From Rebecca billardiae RCC1528 (lineage: Eukaryota; Protista; Haptophyta), in the NCBI GenBank assembly GCA_965240325.2, contig OZ251229.1, positions 1,054,001 through 1,118,000 of the forward strand: a stretch of DNA of 64,000 nt, read 5' to 3'. The notes under the pieces were generated by a model that did no database searches, was not told where the DNA came from, and worked only from the letters and a program-made list of their open reading frames with translations. Of the stretch, positions 1-9,607 are shown piece after piece. Within the stretch, counting starts at the first letter, position 1, and every line of letters starts with the position of its first letter. Position numbers and translations under genes: made by a program.

Positions 1-2444
1 TCGAAGAGCGAGGCCAGCCCGGCAAACGCGTCGGGCGCGGCGGGCTGCAGCACTCGCATCACGTGCACGTACCTGTGCACCATGCGGCCGAAGTTGAGCG
101 CGGTGGCACACACGGCGGGAGGGACGCCCTCCGGCAGCGCGGGCGGCGCGCGGGAGGCCGGAGGCTCGTGCGCGCCCGAGCCCGAGCCGGGATGGTGCGC
201 CGCCGGGTGTGCGCGCTCCCATCTCGCCCACAGGCCGGTGGCGGGCGCCGGCGGGCCGCGCGCGTCGGACGGCTGCGTCGGCGCGGCCGCGTCGGCGGCG
301 CGCGCGTCGGCGGCCTCGGCAGCGGGTGGCGCCGCCTCCTCGTCGTCTAGCTCGCGCGCCGCCGCGTCCGCCTCGACCCGCGCAAGCTCGGCCTCGAGCA
401 TCAGCGCCACCGCGGCGTACGACGGCGGATAGAGCCCGCTGCCGCTCGCGCTGCCGGCGCCGTGCGCGGCCGCGAGCGCGTGGCTGCTGTCGGCAGCGGC
501 CACGCACCCCGTACCCGCCGCGCCGCCGTCGGAGCCGCCGCCGGCGCGCGCCGGCTCGCCCGCGCGCGGCCCGAAGTCGAAGAGGGCCCCGAGCGGGCTC
601 GCCGCCTGCGCGGGCAGCCGCTGCCACAGCTCGGACTCCAGCCGCACGCGCAGCTCGTCCACCCGCTCCCGGTGGAAGGCCCCGTAGAAGGACGCCGCCT
701 TGGCGCGCAGTGAGGCTCGCAACACGGTCGGCTGCTCACCCGAGAACGCGGCGCCGAGCTGCATGAAGTGCTCGACGCGCTCGAGCAGCGTGAGCATCTG
801 CTCGATCGAGAAGGTGGCTGTCGGCGCGCCCACGATCGCCACGCTCAGCTGCCGCTGCGCCTCCATCCACACCATGCCCCGCGAGATGGCCAGGCTCTTG
901 CTCAGCGCCTCGTGCGCGGAGCGCGGCAGCGCGCGAGGTGGCGCGCGTGCAAGGCCGTCAGCGGCGGCGGCCACCCGGAAGGACGGCGTCGCCGACGCCG
1001 AGGACGGGCCGTCCACCGAGCCCGATGCCGACGCGCACTCCGCCGCCGCCGCCGCCGCCTCGCCGCCCGCCTCGCCCTCCGCCTCGCCGAGCGCGCGCTG
1101 GTGGCTCGCCAACATCGCGTGGTGTGCGGTGAACAGCTCGGAGAGCGAGCGGAGCATTTGCAGCACGCAGCCGAAGACGCGGTCCTCGTGGACCATCGCG
1201 ACCACCTCCTTGAGCGAGCCCACGCTGAGCGCCCGCCGCTGCGATGGCGTCCCCGCCTCCGCCGCCGCCGCCGCTCCCGCCGCGCCGCCCGTCGCGCCGG
1301 CCGCCGCGCCGGCCGCGTCTGGAGCTGTCGGGCCGGTCCCGGCCGCGGCCGCGCCGCCGTTCGACTGCTGGGCGCCGGGCGCTGGCGCCGCGGCGGCTGC
1401 AGCGGCGGGCTGCGTCGCCGGCGCGGTGGCTCGTAGCTGGGCGCGCACGCACGAGCGCGCCGCCTCGAGCAGCGCGTCCCCCGCCGCAGCGCCGAACGTG
1501 TTCGCCGTCGCGGCCGCGAGCTCGTCCAGCGCCTCCAGCCGAGCCGCGCACTCGAGCATCGCCCGGTACGCGCGCGGCTCGTACGCGGCGCAGAGGCGGC
1601 GGCGGCAGTCGTCGACGAGGCCCTGCAGGCGCGCGCGCACGCTCTCGAGCTCGGCGATCACCGAGAGCTTGTGCAGCAGCGAGCCCTCGCCCGCCGACGC
1701 GGCGGCGACGCGGCACTTGCCGAAGAGCGCGCACGCCTCGGCGAGCGCGCCGACGGGCGGAGGCGCCTGCGTGGCCGCCTGCTCGCTCAGCTCGGCGTTG
1801 AGCAGGGCCTGCAGCCGGTTGGCGGCGTGCACCGCGTCCGTGATGCCCTCCAGCCGCGCCGCGAGCAGCCGCATCGCCGCGCGCCGACGCAGCAGCCCGA
1901 TCAGCCGGATGCCGCCGCGCGGCAACGCCTCGTCTGCCCTCCGCAGGTGGCGGCGCGCCGCCTTGCAGCGCAGTCCGGTCAGGATCAGGTCGTTGCCGAG
2001 CTCCTGCACGCGGCCCATCCCGTTGACGAACGTGCCGTAATTCGCCATCACGTTCGCCGAGAGCTGGTGCGTCACCGAGTCCAGCGCCTCGTCATACACC
2101 ACGATGCGGTCATCCACAAAGCGGTGGAACGCCGCGCCCGAGCCCGCGTCGTCGCTCGGCGGCGGCACGATCTCGCGCAGGTGGGCGACCAGGTCAAAGT
2201 CGCGGTCGAAGAAGGCGGGCGGTATTTGCGCGGTCGGGTCGTCGTCGGTGTCGGCGCCCGCCGCGGTCGCCCTCGGCGCACTCGAGCTCACACTCCCGCT
2301 GGCTGTCGCAGATGACGCTCCCTCGCCAGGCCGTGCAGGCGTGCCAGCTGCGCCGTCGAGCTCGCCGCGCGCCGTGGCACCGGCCATCCGGAGCTTCGCA
2401 TTGTCACGCGCCACCTCCAGCTCCTCCCCCAGCCGACGAAGCAT
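1..2444 (-). CDS. VPS50: Syndetin/VPS50 (EARP complex subunit); C-terminus runs off the left edge of the window
   Basis: Open minus-strand frame absent from the ORF track, starting at ATG 2444 (MLRRLGEELEVARDNAK...). Motifs FFDRDFD, LDSVTHQLSANVMANYGTFVNGMGRVQEL and RMVHRYVHVMRVLQP...FAGLASLF match the Vps54_N-like and middle regions of syndetin. Confidence 0.8.
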   Translation of the reverse strand, partial: MLRRLGEELEVARDNAKLRMAGATARGELDGAAGTPARPGEGASSATASGSVSSSAPRATAAGADTDDDPTAQIPPAFFDRDFDLVAHLREIVPPPSDDAGSGAAFHRFVDDRIVVYDEALDSVTHQLSANVMANYGTFVNGMGRVQELGNDLILTGLRCKAARRHLRRADEALPRGGIRLIGLLRRRAAMRLLAARLEGITDAVHAANRLQALLNAELSEQAATQAPPPVGALAEACALFGKCRVAAASAGEGSLLHKLSVIAELESVRARLQGLVDDCRRRLCAAYEPRAYRAMLECAARLEALDELAAATANTFGAAAGDALLEAARSCVRAQLRATAPATQPAAAAAAAPAPGAQQSNGGAAAAGTGPTAPDAAGAAAGATGGAAGAAAAAEAGTPSQRRALSVGSLKEVVAMVHEDRVFGCVLQMLRSLSELFTAHHAMLASHQRALGEAEGEAGGEAAAAAAECASASGSVDGPSSASATPSFRVAAAADGLARAPPRALPRSAHEALSKSLAISRGMVWMEAQRQLSVAIVGAPTATFSIEQMLTLLERVEHFMQLGAAFSGEQPTVLRASLRAKAASFYGAFHRERVDELRVRLESELWQRLPAQAASPLGALFDFGPRAGEPARAGGGSDGGAAGTGCVAAADSSHALAAAHGAGSASGSGLYPPSYAAVALMLEAELARVEADAAARELDDEEAAPPAAEAADARAADAAAPTQPSDARGPPAPATGLWARWERAHPAAHHPGSGSGAHEPPASRAPPALPEGVPPAVCATALNFGRMVHRYVHVMRVLQPAAPDAFAGLASLF

Positions 2445-2698
2445 TGCAGGCGCCCGCCACGACGTCTCGGCGCGCCGCCGCTGCTGCCCTCCTGCGGCCG
2501 TGAGCCTGCTGCCTGCAGCCGAGATCGACGCGGGCTTGGTGAGCGGCTGAGCAAGCGCCGCCGCCGCCGTCGTCGTCGAAAGCTACTATGCTTCCGGAAA
2601 ATAATTGTCCGCTCGGGGTACCTCGACCGGACTTGTGCGCTGCTTACCGTCGAGCTGTTTGCTTCGAGCTCACCCGCCTGGCGCTCCGACGCGACGCC

Positions 2699-3265
2699 AT
2701 GGACTTGCCAATTCTCGGAGGCGGGATTCGGTTCGACCCGCAGTTGCGCGGACAGCCAAGCAACCGCATCGTGCTGATTACTATCATCCTCGCCTTCGTC
2801 CTGCAACCGGGCATGCTGCTCTCTTGGGATAATGCTGTCCCATCGCTTGCACCGCACGCCGGGCGCGCCCTCCGCCACATCGCGCTCTTCCTGCTCATGC
2901 TGATCGGCGCCACCTTCGTCAGTGCGCGCTTTGAACGCACCAGCCCATCGTCCTACCCAACCGCGGTGTCCGATCAGTCCGAGGCCCAGGCGCATACGCA
3001 GAAAATGCTCAGGCGGCTCGCGGACGACGTGTACGACTTGAGGCTGCAGCTGCAGGTCCGGGATCGCCCTGCAAGCGACGGGGCTGCCAAGAAGTCTCGC
3101 TCCAAGTCGTTCGTCTCGGCCTTCAACAGCTCGGCCACGCCGTGCGGGGCGGCATCGTCCATGCCGGCTGCCTCCTCATCGGAAGCTGCGGCCTTCCACC
3201 AGCGATGCGCATCGCCGAACGTGTGCGACGCGCACACGGCCCCGGCGGCGCCCCCGCCGCAGTGA
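2699..3265 (+). CDS. Hypothetical small membrane protein with two TM helices and a short coiled segment
   Basis: ATG 2699 (MDLPILGGG...). Hydrophobic stretches IVLITIILAFVL and IALFLLMLIGATFV. Divergent from VPS50. Confidence 0.55.
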   Translation: MDLPILGGGIRFDPQLRGQPSNRIVLITIILAFVLQPGMLLSWDNAVPSLAPHAGRALRHIALFLLMLIGATFVSARFERTSPSSYPTAVSDQSEAQAHTQKMLRRLADDVYDLRLQLQVRDRPASDGAAKKSRSKSFVSAFNSSATPCGAASSMPAASSSEAAAFHQRCASPNVCDAHTAPAAPPPQ

Positions 3266-3889
3266 CGCGCCCGGAGGCACGCTTGCCGGCACTCGATCAG
3301 CCGCCCGCGGAATGTCAGGCGAATGGTCCGTCCCTTGAGCTCACGAGGTAGGCACGTGTGACCAATCGTGTCAGTGTCGGCGCCAGTGAGTGACGCCGGC
3401 AGACTGGCGCCGTGCTCGGCGGAGCGCGGTGCCGCGTGGTGCCAACTCTCAGTCTCAGGGCTCAGCCTCGCCCTCAGGATTCAAGTCACACAGACGAGGC
3501 TTGATAAATTTTGATGATCGATTTTTATCACGCGTCTGCTGCGTAGTCGCGGCAGCCTCCGATGAGTCCGGTGCACTGATCGAGTGCGAAGAGACAAGAG
3601 TCTTGAGTGGAAGAGTGCGGCCGGTTAGTCAATCTGGGACATTAATGGCGCAGCAGCTGCTATATAAATCATCATCAGCATATCAGCAGGCACCTCCGCC
3701 GCCCGAGAAATACAGTACTTTATATATATATATATAATAAGCAGCACGGTGCAAGTTGTTATTCAGCATATACGAGTTCATCATCGTATAGTCGTCCTCA
3801 CTGATTCCAGGGATTCCTAGAAGTCTTAGTCCGAATAGACGCGACTTAATCAGTCAGTTTAGAATCATAGACGTGCTCCTACTGCAGAC

Positions 3890-5509
3890 CTACGACTGCT
3901 CCTCGTCGTCGGAAGAGCAGGACGACGTCATTGTGTCGCTGCCACGATTGTCACTGCCAGGACCATGGGCATGATCACCGTCGCCAGTCGGCCGCAGCAG
4001 CGCGGCTGAACCAGCCATCGGGTCCACGCCGCAGGCGGCTGGCGGCTCCGCGGCGGTCACTGCGGGTGGCGGCATCGGGTCACTTGCCGGGAGGCCGCTC
4101 GGCTGCGAACCCGACCCATTGGTGGATGCGCCAGACCCGGCGGACGCAGCTGCCACCTCCAGGGCGCGCGCCGCTCGGCGCGCGTAGAAAGAGCGGTACG
4201 GGTCAGGCAGGTGCACCAGCGCCGCGGCCGCCTTCTCCGCCGCGCGCACCGCCCGCTCCGCCGCGCGCAGCTCCTTGTTCCCGTACAGGTCCTTGGCGTA
4301 CTCAGACTCGTCGAGCGCGCGCCAGAACACGTTGACGGCGACCGAGAAGTCGAGGCTGGTGACGTGGTGGAACCACAGCGCCGGGATGAAGAGCACGTCG
4401 CCGGGCACGAGGGTGCACTCGGCGCGTGTGCGCTCGGCGCGGGCGAAGCGCGGGAACGCGCGCAGGTCCGGAGCGTCGATGTCATCCACGCGCGAGGACG
4501 AGTGGTCGGTGTAAAGGCGGCCCGCCTCCGCGGGCGGCCAGAGCACGACACGCTTCCGCCCGACGGCCTGCACGAGCGCGTTGTCCATCACGTCGTAGTG
4601 CGTCCAGAGCTGCGTGCCCGCCGACGCGACGCGGAGCACGCTCGAGTGGTACGCGTGCGGCGGGTACATCACGCCCTCCGGGAGGCGCACGTCCGCCGCC
4701 AGCCGCGGGAAGAGCGAGCGCAGGTGTGACGGCTCGCGCCGGCCCGCCCGCCCCTCGGCGACCGAGCGCATGTACAGCCGCTCGCCCGAGCCAACAATGG
4801 GCGCGAGGGGCGCGGGCGCGTCGGTGTCGGCGGGCGGGGTGCTCGCCATGGCGGCCCGGGCGATCATCTCCGCCCAGCCCATCTCGACGAAGCGGAAGTT
4901 CTTGGGCGTATTTGGCCGCCGGTGGCCAGCGAGATCGATGCACTCGGTGGCGCACACGTGCACCCCGGCGGTGAGCACGCGCTCGGGGCCCTCCGCGCCG
5001 CGGAGGTACGCGGGCGTCCACGTCTGGACGCACGGCCCAACGTCGAGGCCACGCAGCACAACCGGATGCCGCTCCCCGTCGTACACGCGGCGGAACGCGG
5101 CAGCGGCCTGCTCGGGGCTGAGCCCCGCGCAATCCAACGTGGGCACACGCCCTTGCGGTGCCCAGCCGTGCCAGCCGCGATAGCGCGCGCGCGCGACGTG
5201 CGGGTCGAGGGTTGGCCCTGGTGGCTGTGCGCTCGGACTCTGCGCCTCGTGCGGTGGCGGTCGCGGCTGCTGCCGCGTGCCTTTGCGCACAGTGCGGGCA
5301 CGGCGCAACGTGAAGCCTTCCTCACGCAGCGCGTCCACCGCCTCTGCGTGCACGGGCAGGGCGATCTCAGCGGCGATGCTATCAAACTCGACGACGCGAA
5401 CACGAGTTTCGAGCCGCCCTGCGGCGTGCAGGGCTTCCTTGGTCGCCTTGGCGTCCTCCTTAGCACTCAAAACCACCCAACTGAGCACGTCACCACCGTC
5501 GGCCGCCAT
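3890..5509 (-). CDS. TYW5: tRNA wybutosine hydroxylase TYW5 (JmjC/cupin-like) with N-terminal extension
   Basis: PVVLRGLDVGPC, SSVLRVAS..QLWTHYDVMDN (HxD), GDVLFIPALWFHHV, KDLYGNKEL. Likely ATG at 5509 (MAADGGD). Confidence 0.9.
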   Translation of the reverse strand: MAADGGDVLSWVVLSAKEDAKATKEALHAAGRLETRVRVVEFDSIAAEIALPVHAEAVDALREEGFTLRRARTVRKGTRQQPRPPPHEAQSPSAQPPGPTLDPHVARARYRGWHGWAPQGRVPTLDCAGLSPEQAAAAFRRVYDGERHPVVLRGLDVGPCVQTWTPAYLRGAEGPERVLTAGVHVCATECIDLAGHRRPNTPKNFRFVEMGWAEMIARAAMASTPPADTDAPAPLAPIVGSGERLYMRSVAEGRAGRREPSHLRSLFPRLAADVRLPEGVMYPPHAYHSSVLRVASAGTQLWTHYDVMDNALVQAVGRKRVVLWPPAEAGRLYTDHSSSRVDDIDAPDLRAFPRFARAERTRAECTLVPGDVLFIPALWFHHVTSLDFSVAVNVFWRALDESEYAKDLYGNKELRAAERAVRAAEKAAAALVHLPDPYRSFYARRAARALEVAAASAGSGASTNGSGSQPSGLPASDPMPPPAVTAAEPPAACGVDPMAGSAALLRPTGDGDHAHGPGSDNRGSDTMTSSCSSDDEEQS

Positions 5510-5756
5510 CGTTTGGGTCGATCCCGTCGATCGTTCGATCGTCGTCAGCATTATTTTTTCGACCCCTTGGCCCTTGCTGGTTTTTTCTCCCAGCAAAGGT
5601 GCGCGGTTGCCGAAACTTGCCGCGAAAGCTGCGGCGCGAGCGGGCGGGTGGTTGCTCAGCAGCAGTGGTCAGCAGCAGTGGCACACTGGTGAGCAAGCAG
5701 CAAGCGCGGCAAAGCCGGCGGTGCGTTCGTGTCGCGCGCTCCCGGGCGCCGGGCCA

Positions 5757-6308
5757 ATGGGTGCCGCGCTGCGGAGGCCGCGGAAGAAGAGTACAAGTGT
5801 CAAGGTCCTCATTGCTGGGCTGGACTCCGCGGGTAAGACCACTATCCTCCACAGGCTCAAGCTTGGGCCGGCCGACGTGCACACACCCATCTCGACCATG
5901 CCGACGCTGAGCTTCAACTCGGAGCTAGTCGACTTCGAGGGAATGCAGTTCAGCCTGTGGGATGTCGGGGGACAGGACAGCCTGAGAACGTTCTGGCGGC
6001 ACCACTTCACCGGCACTCAGGCGGTTGTGTACGTCGTCGATTCGAATGACACGGATCGGATACAGCAGAGCGGGAACGAGCTCCGCGAGATGATGGCGAG
6101 CCCCGAGCTGCGCTTCGCGTGCTTGCTTGTGCTCGCCAACAAGAGTGATCTTCCATACGCGGCACGATTGGCAGATATCCGTCGGCGCATGCGGCTCGAA
6201 GAGCTCAAGGGCGTGAACTGGCACCTGGAGCAGACGAGTGCCAGGAAGGGCGATGGGCTCCTGGATGCCATGCAATGGCTGCGCCGGAACGTCAAGCCGT
6301 TGCAATGA
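5757..6308 (+). CDS. ARF/ARL-family small GTPase
   Basis: MG start at 5757; GLDSAGKT, PTLSFN, WDVGGQ, ANKSD and TSA motifs. Confidence 0.92.
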   Translation: MGAALRRPRKKSTSVKVLIAGLDSAGKTTILHRLKLGPADVHTPISTMPTLSFNSELVDFEGMQFSLWDVGGQDSLRTFWRHHFTGTQAVVYVVDSNDTDRIQQSGNELREMMASPELRFACLLVLANKSDLPYAARLADIRRRMRLEELKGVNWHLEQTSARKGDGLLDAMQWLRRNVKPLQ

Positions 6309-6942
6309 TGGCGTTGCCTATCAGCCGGCGTTCTGGCGCGGCACTGTGGCTGCAGAGCCCTGTCGCAGTGCAACACCGGACCCAGACTGCAGGCCTGACG
6401 GGCGCAGCCACTCGGTCGCCAGGCGGCCAGGCTGCTCCGCATGAATAGGAAGGGACGCGGACTCGACCAACCCGTACACAATGACGGGCAATGTCAACGG
6501 CTCCCTGATTGGTGATTTGGTGGATTGGCACCATGATGTCAGACCCTGGCCGCGGCAGCGGCCTTTGAATGGCTGAGGCTGCGGCGGAGCCCGTTTAATA
6601 ATATTAAAATAACATACTATATATATGTATGTATTAGGCTATGAAAGTATTAATTATTGTATAATAAAGCTGACAGTCTTAGCCGTCAGGCGTCAGTAGC
6701 GGGCCCGTTACTTACGGCTTACCGACCCGGGTGTCCGCGGGGTGACCGCGTTGCTGTTCCGTGTTCGCGTCGGGCAAGTTTTCGCTCCACCCTCGGCCTT
6801 TGACGCCGGTGGGTGAGTGGCACCACTGACCACAATCAGTCTGCGCGCACTTACTTCCACCGTGGGTGCTGCGTCCTGACGAGAGTAGCCAGCCTGTGCA
6901 GTGCCGCCAAATTGGCCACTGGGTCGGCCGGAGTCCGCGCGC

Positions 6943-7938
6943 TCACCGCGTGTACTCGATGCCAGGGAAGCGCTGCTCAGCAGAGGGCGCGGCTGGAATT
7001 CGCCGATTCAGCCAGCACTTCTGGCGCCTGGGGTGCGCCTGCCACGCGGCGAGCGCGGCACGGAACTCCGCAGCTCTACCCGGCACCTCAAGGTTGGAGC
7101 GATGCACGAAGAGCGTGTCGCCATACGTCGTGAGGCACCACATGAACAGGTAGCCCCGCGCGAAGAGCAGAGCTCGCAGGTCGCGCGACGGCCGCTCGAC
7201 CGTGAGCGCTGCGATCGAGTACTGGTCGAACGGGAACTCACGCAGCGCAAGGAACTCGGCGCCCTCGATGTCGAGCGACAGGTAATCGATCGAAGTGGGG
7301 GCGCGCAGCCGCGTGAAGATCGAGAGCAGCGTAGTCGTGCGGAAGGTTGTCGCCTGAGCACGCGCCTTGATGGCATTCGGATCCGTGCCATGGTTGTAGT
7401 TCTTCACGGCGCCCTTCCGCTCCGAGACGATGCCGCCGAGGCCGCCGTCGATGCCTACCCGCAGCGCGAAGGACACGTTGTCGTCCGCCTGGTCCGTGAC
7501 CACCGCAGCCGCGATCTTGCATCGGCGCTTTGCCAGCTTCCACAGGTAGAACGGATTTGCTTCGATGCAGATGCCATCCCACTGGAAGCTGCGCTCGAGG
7601 ACAAAGGTGTTCGAGATCTTCACGGCGTCGTTCGCGGCGAGGTCGACGAAAAAGCCGCCGGTGCGATTGCCGAACATCGAAGCGATCAGCATGTCCTGCC
7701 CGTCCTGCGCCGTCGACCCGCGGTGCGACGACAGCTCCTCCGTTCCGACGAAGAATTCAAGCTGCTTGAAGCCGTCGTTCCGGTTGCACGTGCGGGCAGG
7801 GATAGTCTCCGCGCCAGAGCCCACGGCTGATGCCGGCGCTACCCGCAGAGCCGGCGCGACGGCGAGCACGCCAAGGAGGACGACACACACCCGCCGCGTC
7901 CGAGTGGGCGGTGCGCCGATCGCGCATACGGCCACCAT
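6943..7938 (-). CDS. FkbM-family (Methyltransf_21) SAM-dependent methyltransferase with N-terminal signal/anchor
   Basis: GQD...GFFVDLAAND...SNTFVLERSFQWDGICIEANP; IDYLSLDIEGAE; hydrophobic N-terminus. Confidence 0.85.
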   Translation of the reverse strand: MVAVCAIGAPPTRTRRVCVVLLGVLAVAPALRVAPASAVGSGAETIPARTCNRNDGFKQLEFFVGTEELSSHRGSTAQDGQDMLIASMFGNRTGGFFVDLAANDAVKISNTFVLERSFQWDGICIEANPFYLWKLAKRRCKIAAAVVTDQADDNVSFALRVGIDGGLGGIVSERKGAVKNYNHGTDPNAIKARAQATTFRTTTLLSIFTRLRAPTSIDYLSLDIEGAEFLALREFPFDQYSIAALTVERPSRDLRALLFARGYLFMWCLTTYGDTLFVHRSNLEVPGRAAEFRAALAAWQAHPRRQKCWLNRRIPAAPSAEQRFPGIEYTR

Positions 7939-8339
7939 CTTGCAGTGGCGAGTGGTCACTCAAGTCCGGTTCCGCACGAGAATTTGTGGCAGTCCGGTTG
8001 CGCGTGCGAATATGGCGCAGCGCCAGCGGTCCTTGCTGCCCGCTTGCAGCACGGCATTAGTGGCCGTCAGTGTCACAGTGACGCGGTCCGCGACCTGGCT
8101 TCGAGCTAGGCGCTAGGGCACGGCCTCAGGATGCCTCACCTCGACGACCGGCTACATTATGCTGAACTCTGAAGGCTGGTGGCCTGCAGCAGTAAATTAA
8201 GTATTTAACTGGCCCAATGATTACTATCCCTGTCTGCTCGGCACCCATTGATTGCAGCTGACATGCCATTCGTTATTCGGCATCAGTCACATCAATCATT
8301 GGGTCAGTCCCGAGTCCACTCCGACGTCTAATGAATAGC

Positions 8340-8845
8340 TTAAGTTCGTAACTTAGGCGCTTAATTCCAGGGTGCAGAATCTAATGGCCTGTGCCGCCAT
8401 TATTTCAGACTGCCAAAATGTGATCTAGCCGGTGCGATTAACTGGCGACGGTGCAAATAGCGAGATCACCTCAGTGACAGTCAGTGGAGATCGTGATTCG
8501 TGTATCTCCCCTACTGTACTAATCGGTTGCCGATTGATCGCGTCCGAGAGTGAGACTTTGAGGCCGTACATACACTATCTCCTGACTCCTACAGTACATG
8601 GTTACCGTTACAAGCATATATACATATGTATGTATATGTATATATAGATGTGACGACTACATTTTATCGCCTGCGGGAATTAGGCGCGTGTTAGCGACAG
8701 TTAGCGTGACCCCACCCAGACCCCGGGTCATTTTACATAGGCGAATATTGACATCCCGAGGTTCAATGATTTTGTTTGAGAGCCTCGCCCTCAATCTCAA
8801 GATTGACTACGACAGAAAGTTGGCGGATTTTGGGCCACACACTCC
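8340..8845 (+). repeat. Dispersed repeat, insertion-riddled copy; homologous to 50333-50645
   Basis: Colinear shared blocks: ttaagttcgt, gcttaattccagg, gccaaaatgtgatctag, ggtgcaaatagcgagatcacct, gtatctcccctact, ggcgaatattg, gacagaaagttgg, gattttgggccac. Confidence 0.85.
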
Positions 8846-9607
8846 ACAGTCACAGTCACTCGGTGACAGTGGGGCAAGGTGCGGGGCTCTCGGCGGACCC
8901 GCCTCTTTAGAGTTAGACTTAGAGTTAGAGTTTAGACCCTCTAATAAGAGTACTGAGTAGCTTTATTAAAATCGATTAGTAACTGATTTAAGTATATTTA
9001 TGATATTTAATAATCCTATTTTTATTATATAGTAATTATAATAAACGTATAATCATAATAATAATATTTTGTTAATTATAATAATATAATAATAAGAATT
9101 ATTATTATTATTATAGTTACTGACAGTTGGGCAACAATTAACAAAGGGCATAATAGATAGGCAACGGGTAGCTAGTGACTGCGGCCGCATCTGGCGGCAG
9201 GCACGCGGACCTGCGACTGCGTGTCGCCTCAGGCGGCCCGTGCTGCCTCTCACTTCTCAGTCTCACTGCGGCTGTGCGTGACTCCACTAGTGCCAGTCTC
9301 CAGGTCTCGGACGCGGTCCGTCAGGGCAGCGCGGCCGCGTTCTGCCGTTCATGGTTGCGGTCGTGACACAAATATTCGGGAGGATGAGCACGTACGTGAA
9401 AGAGGTGCCTCAGATGGGTTGGCCAAAGCTTGGTTTCAGTGATGTGACGAGGAGTCGAGTATTGGGTTGGCGGCGATGATGCCCATGTGGTGCGACGAGC
9501 CTCGGCGTGCAGGGACGAGCTCAGGTCGCGCTGAGGGCGGATCAACGCCCTCGGTGTTCTTGCAGAGCTGGCGCGTGGGCACTGGGTGAGGCTCGCTCGT
9601 TCCCAGC

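Noticed and set aside
700-2040. Long plus-strand ORF (446 aa) and overlapping ORFs
   Set aside because: Antisense shadow of the minus-strand VPS50 gene; high GC suppresses stop codons.
5277-5756. N-terminal extension of the ARF ORF
   Set aside because: It overlaps TYW5 antisense; the MG at 5757 is the family-typical start.
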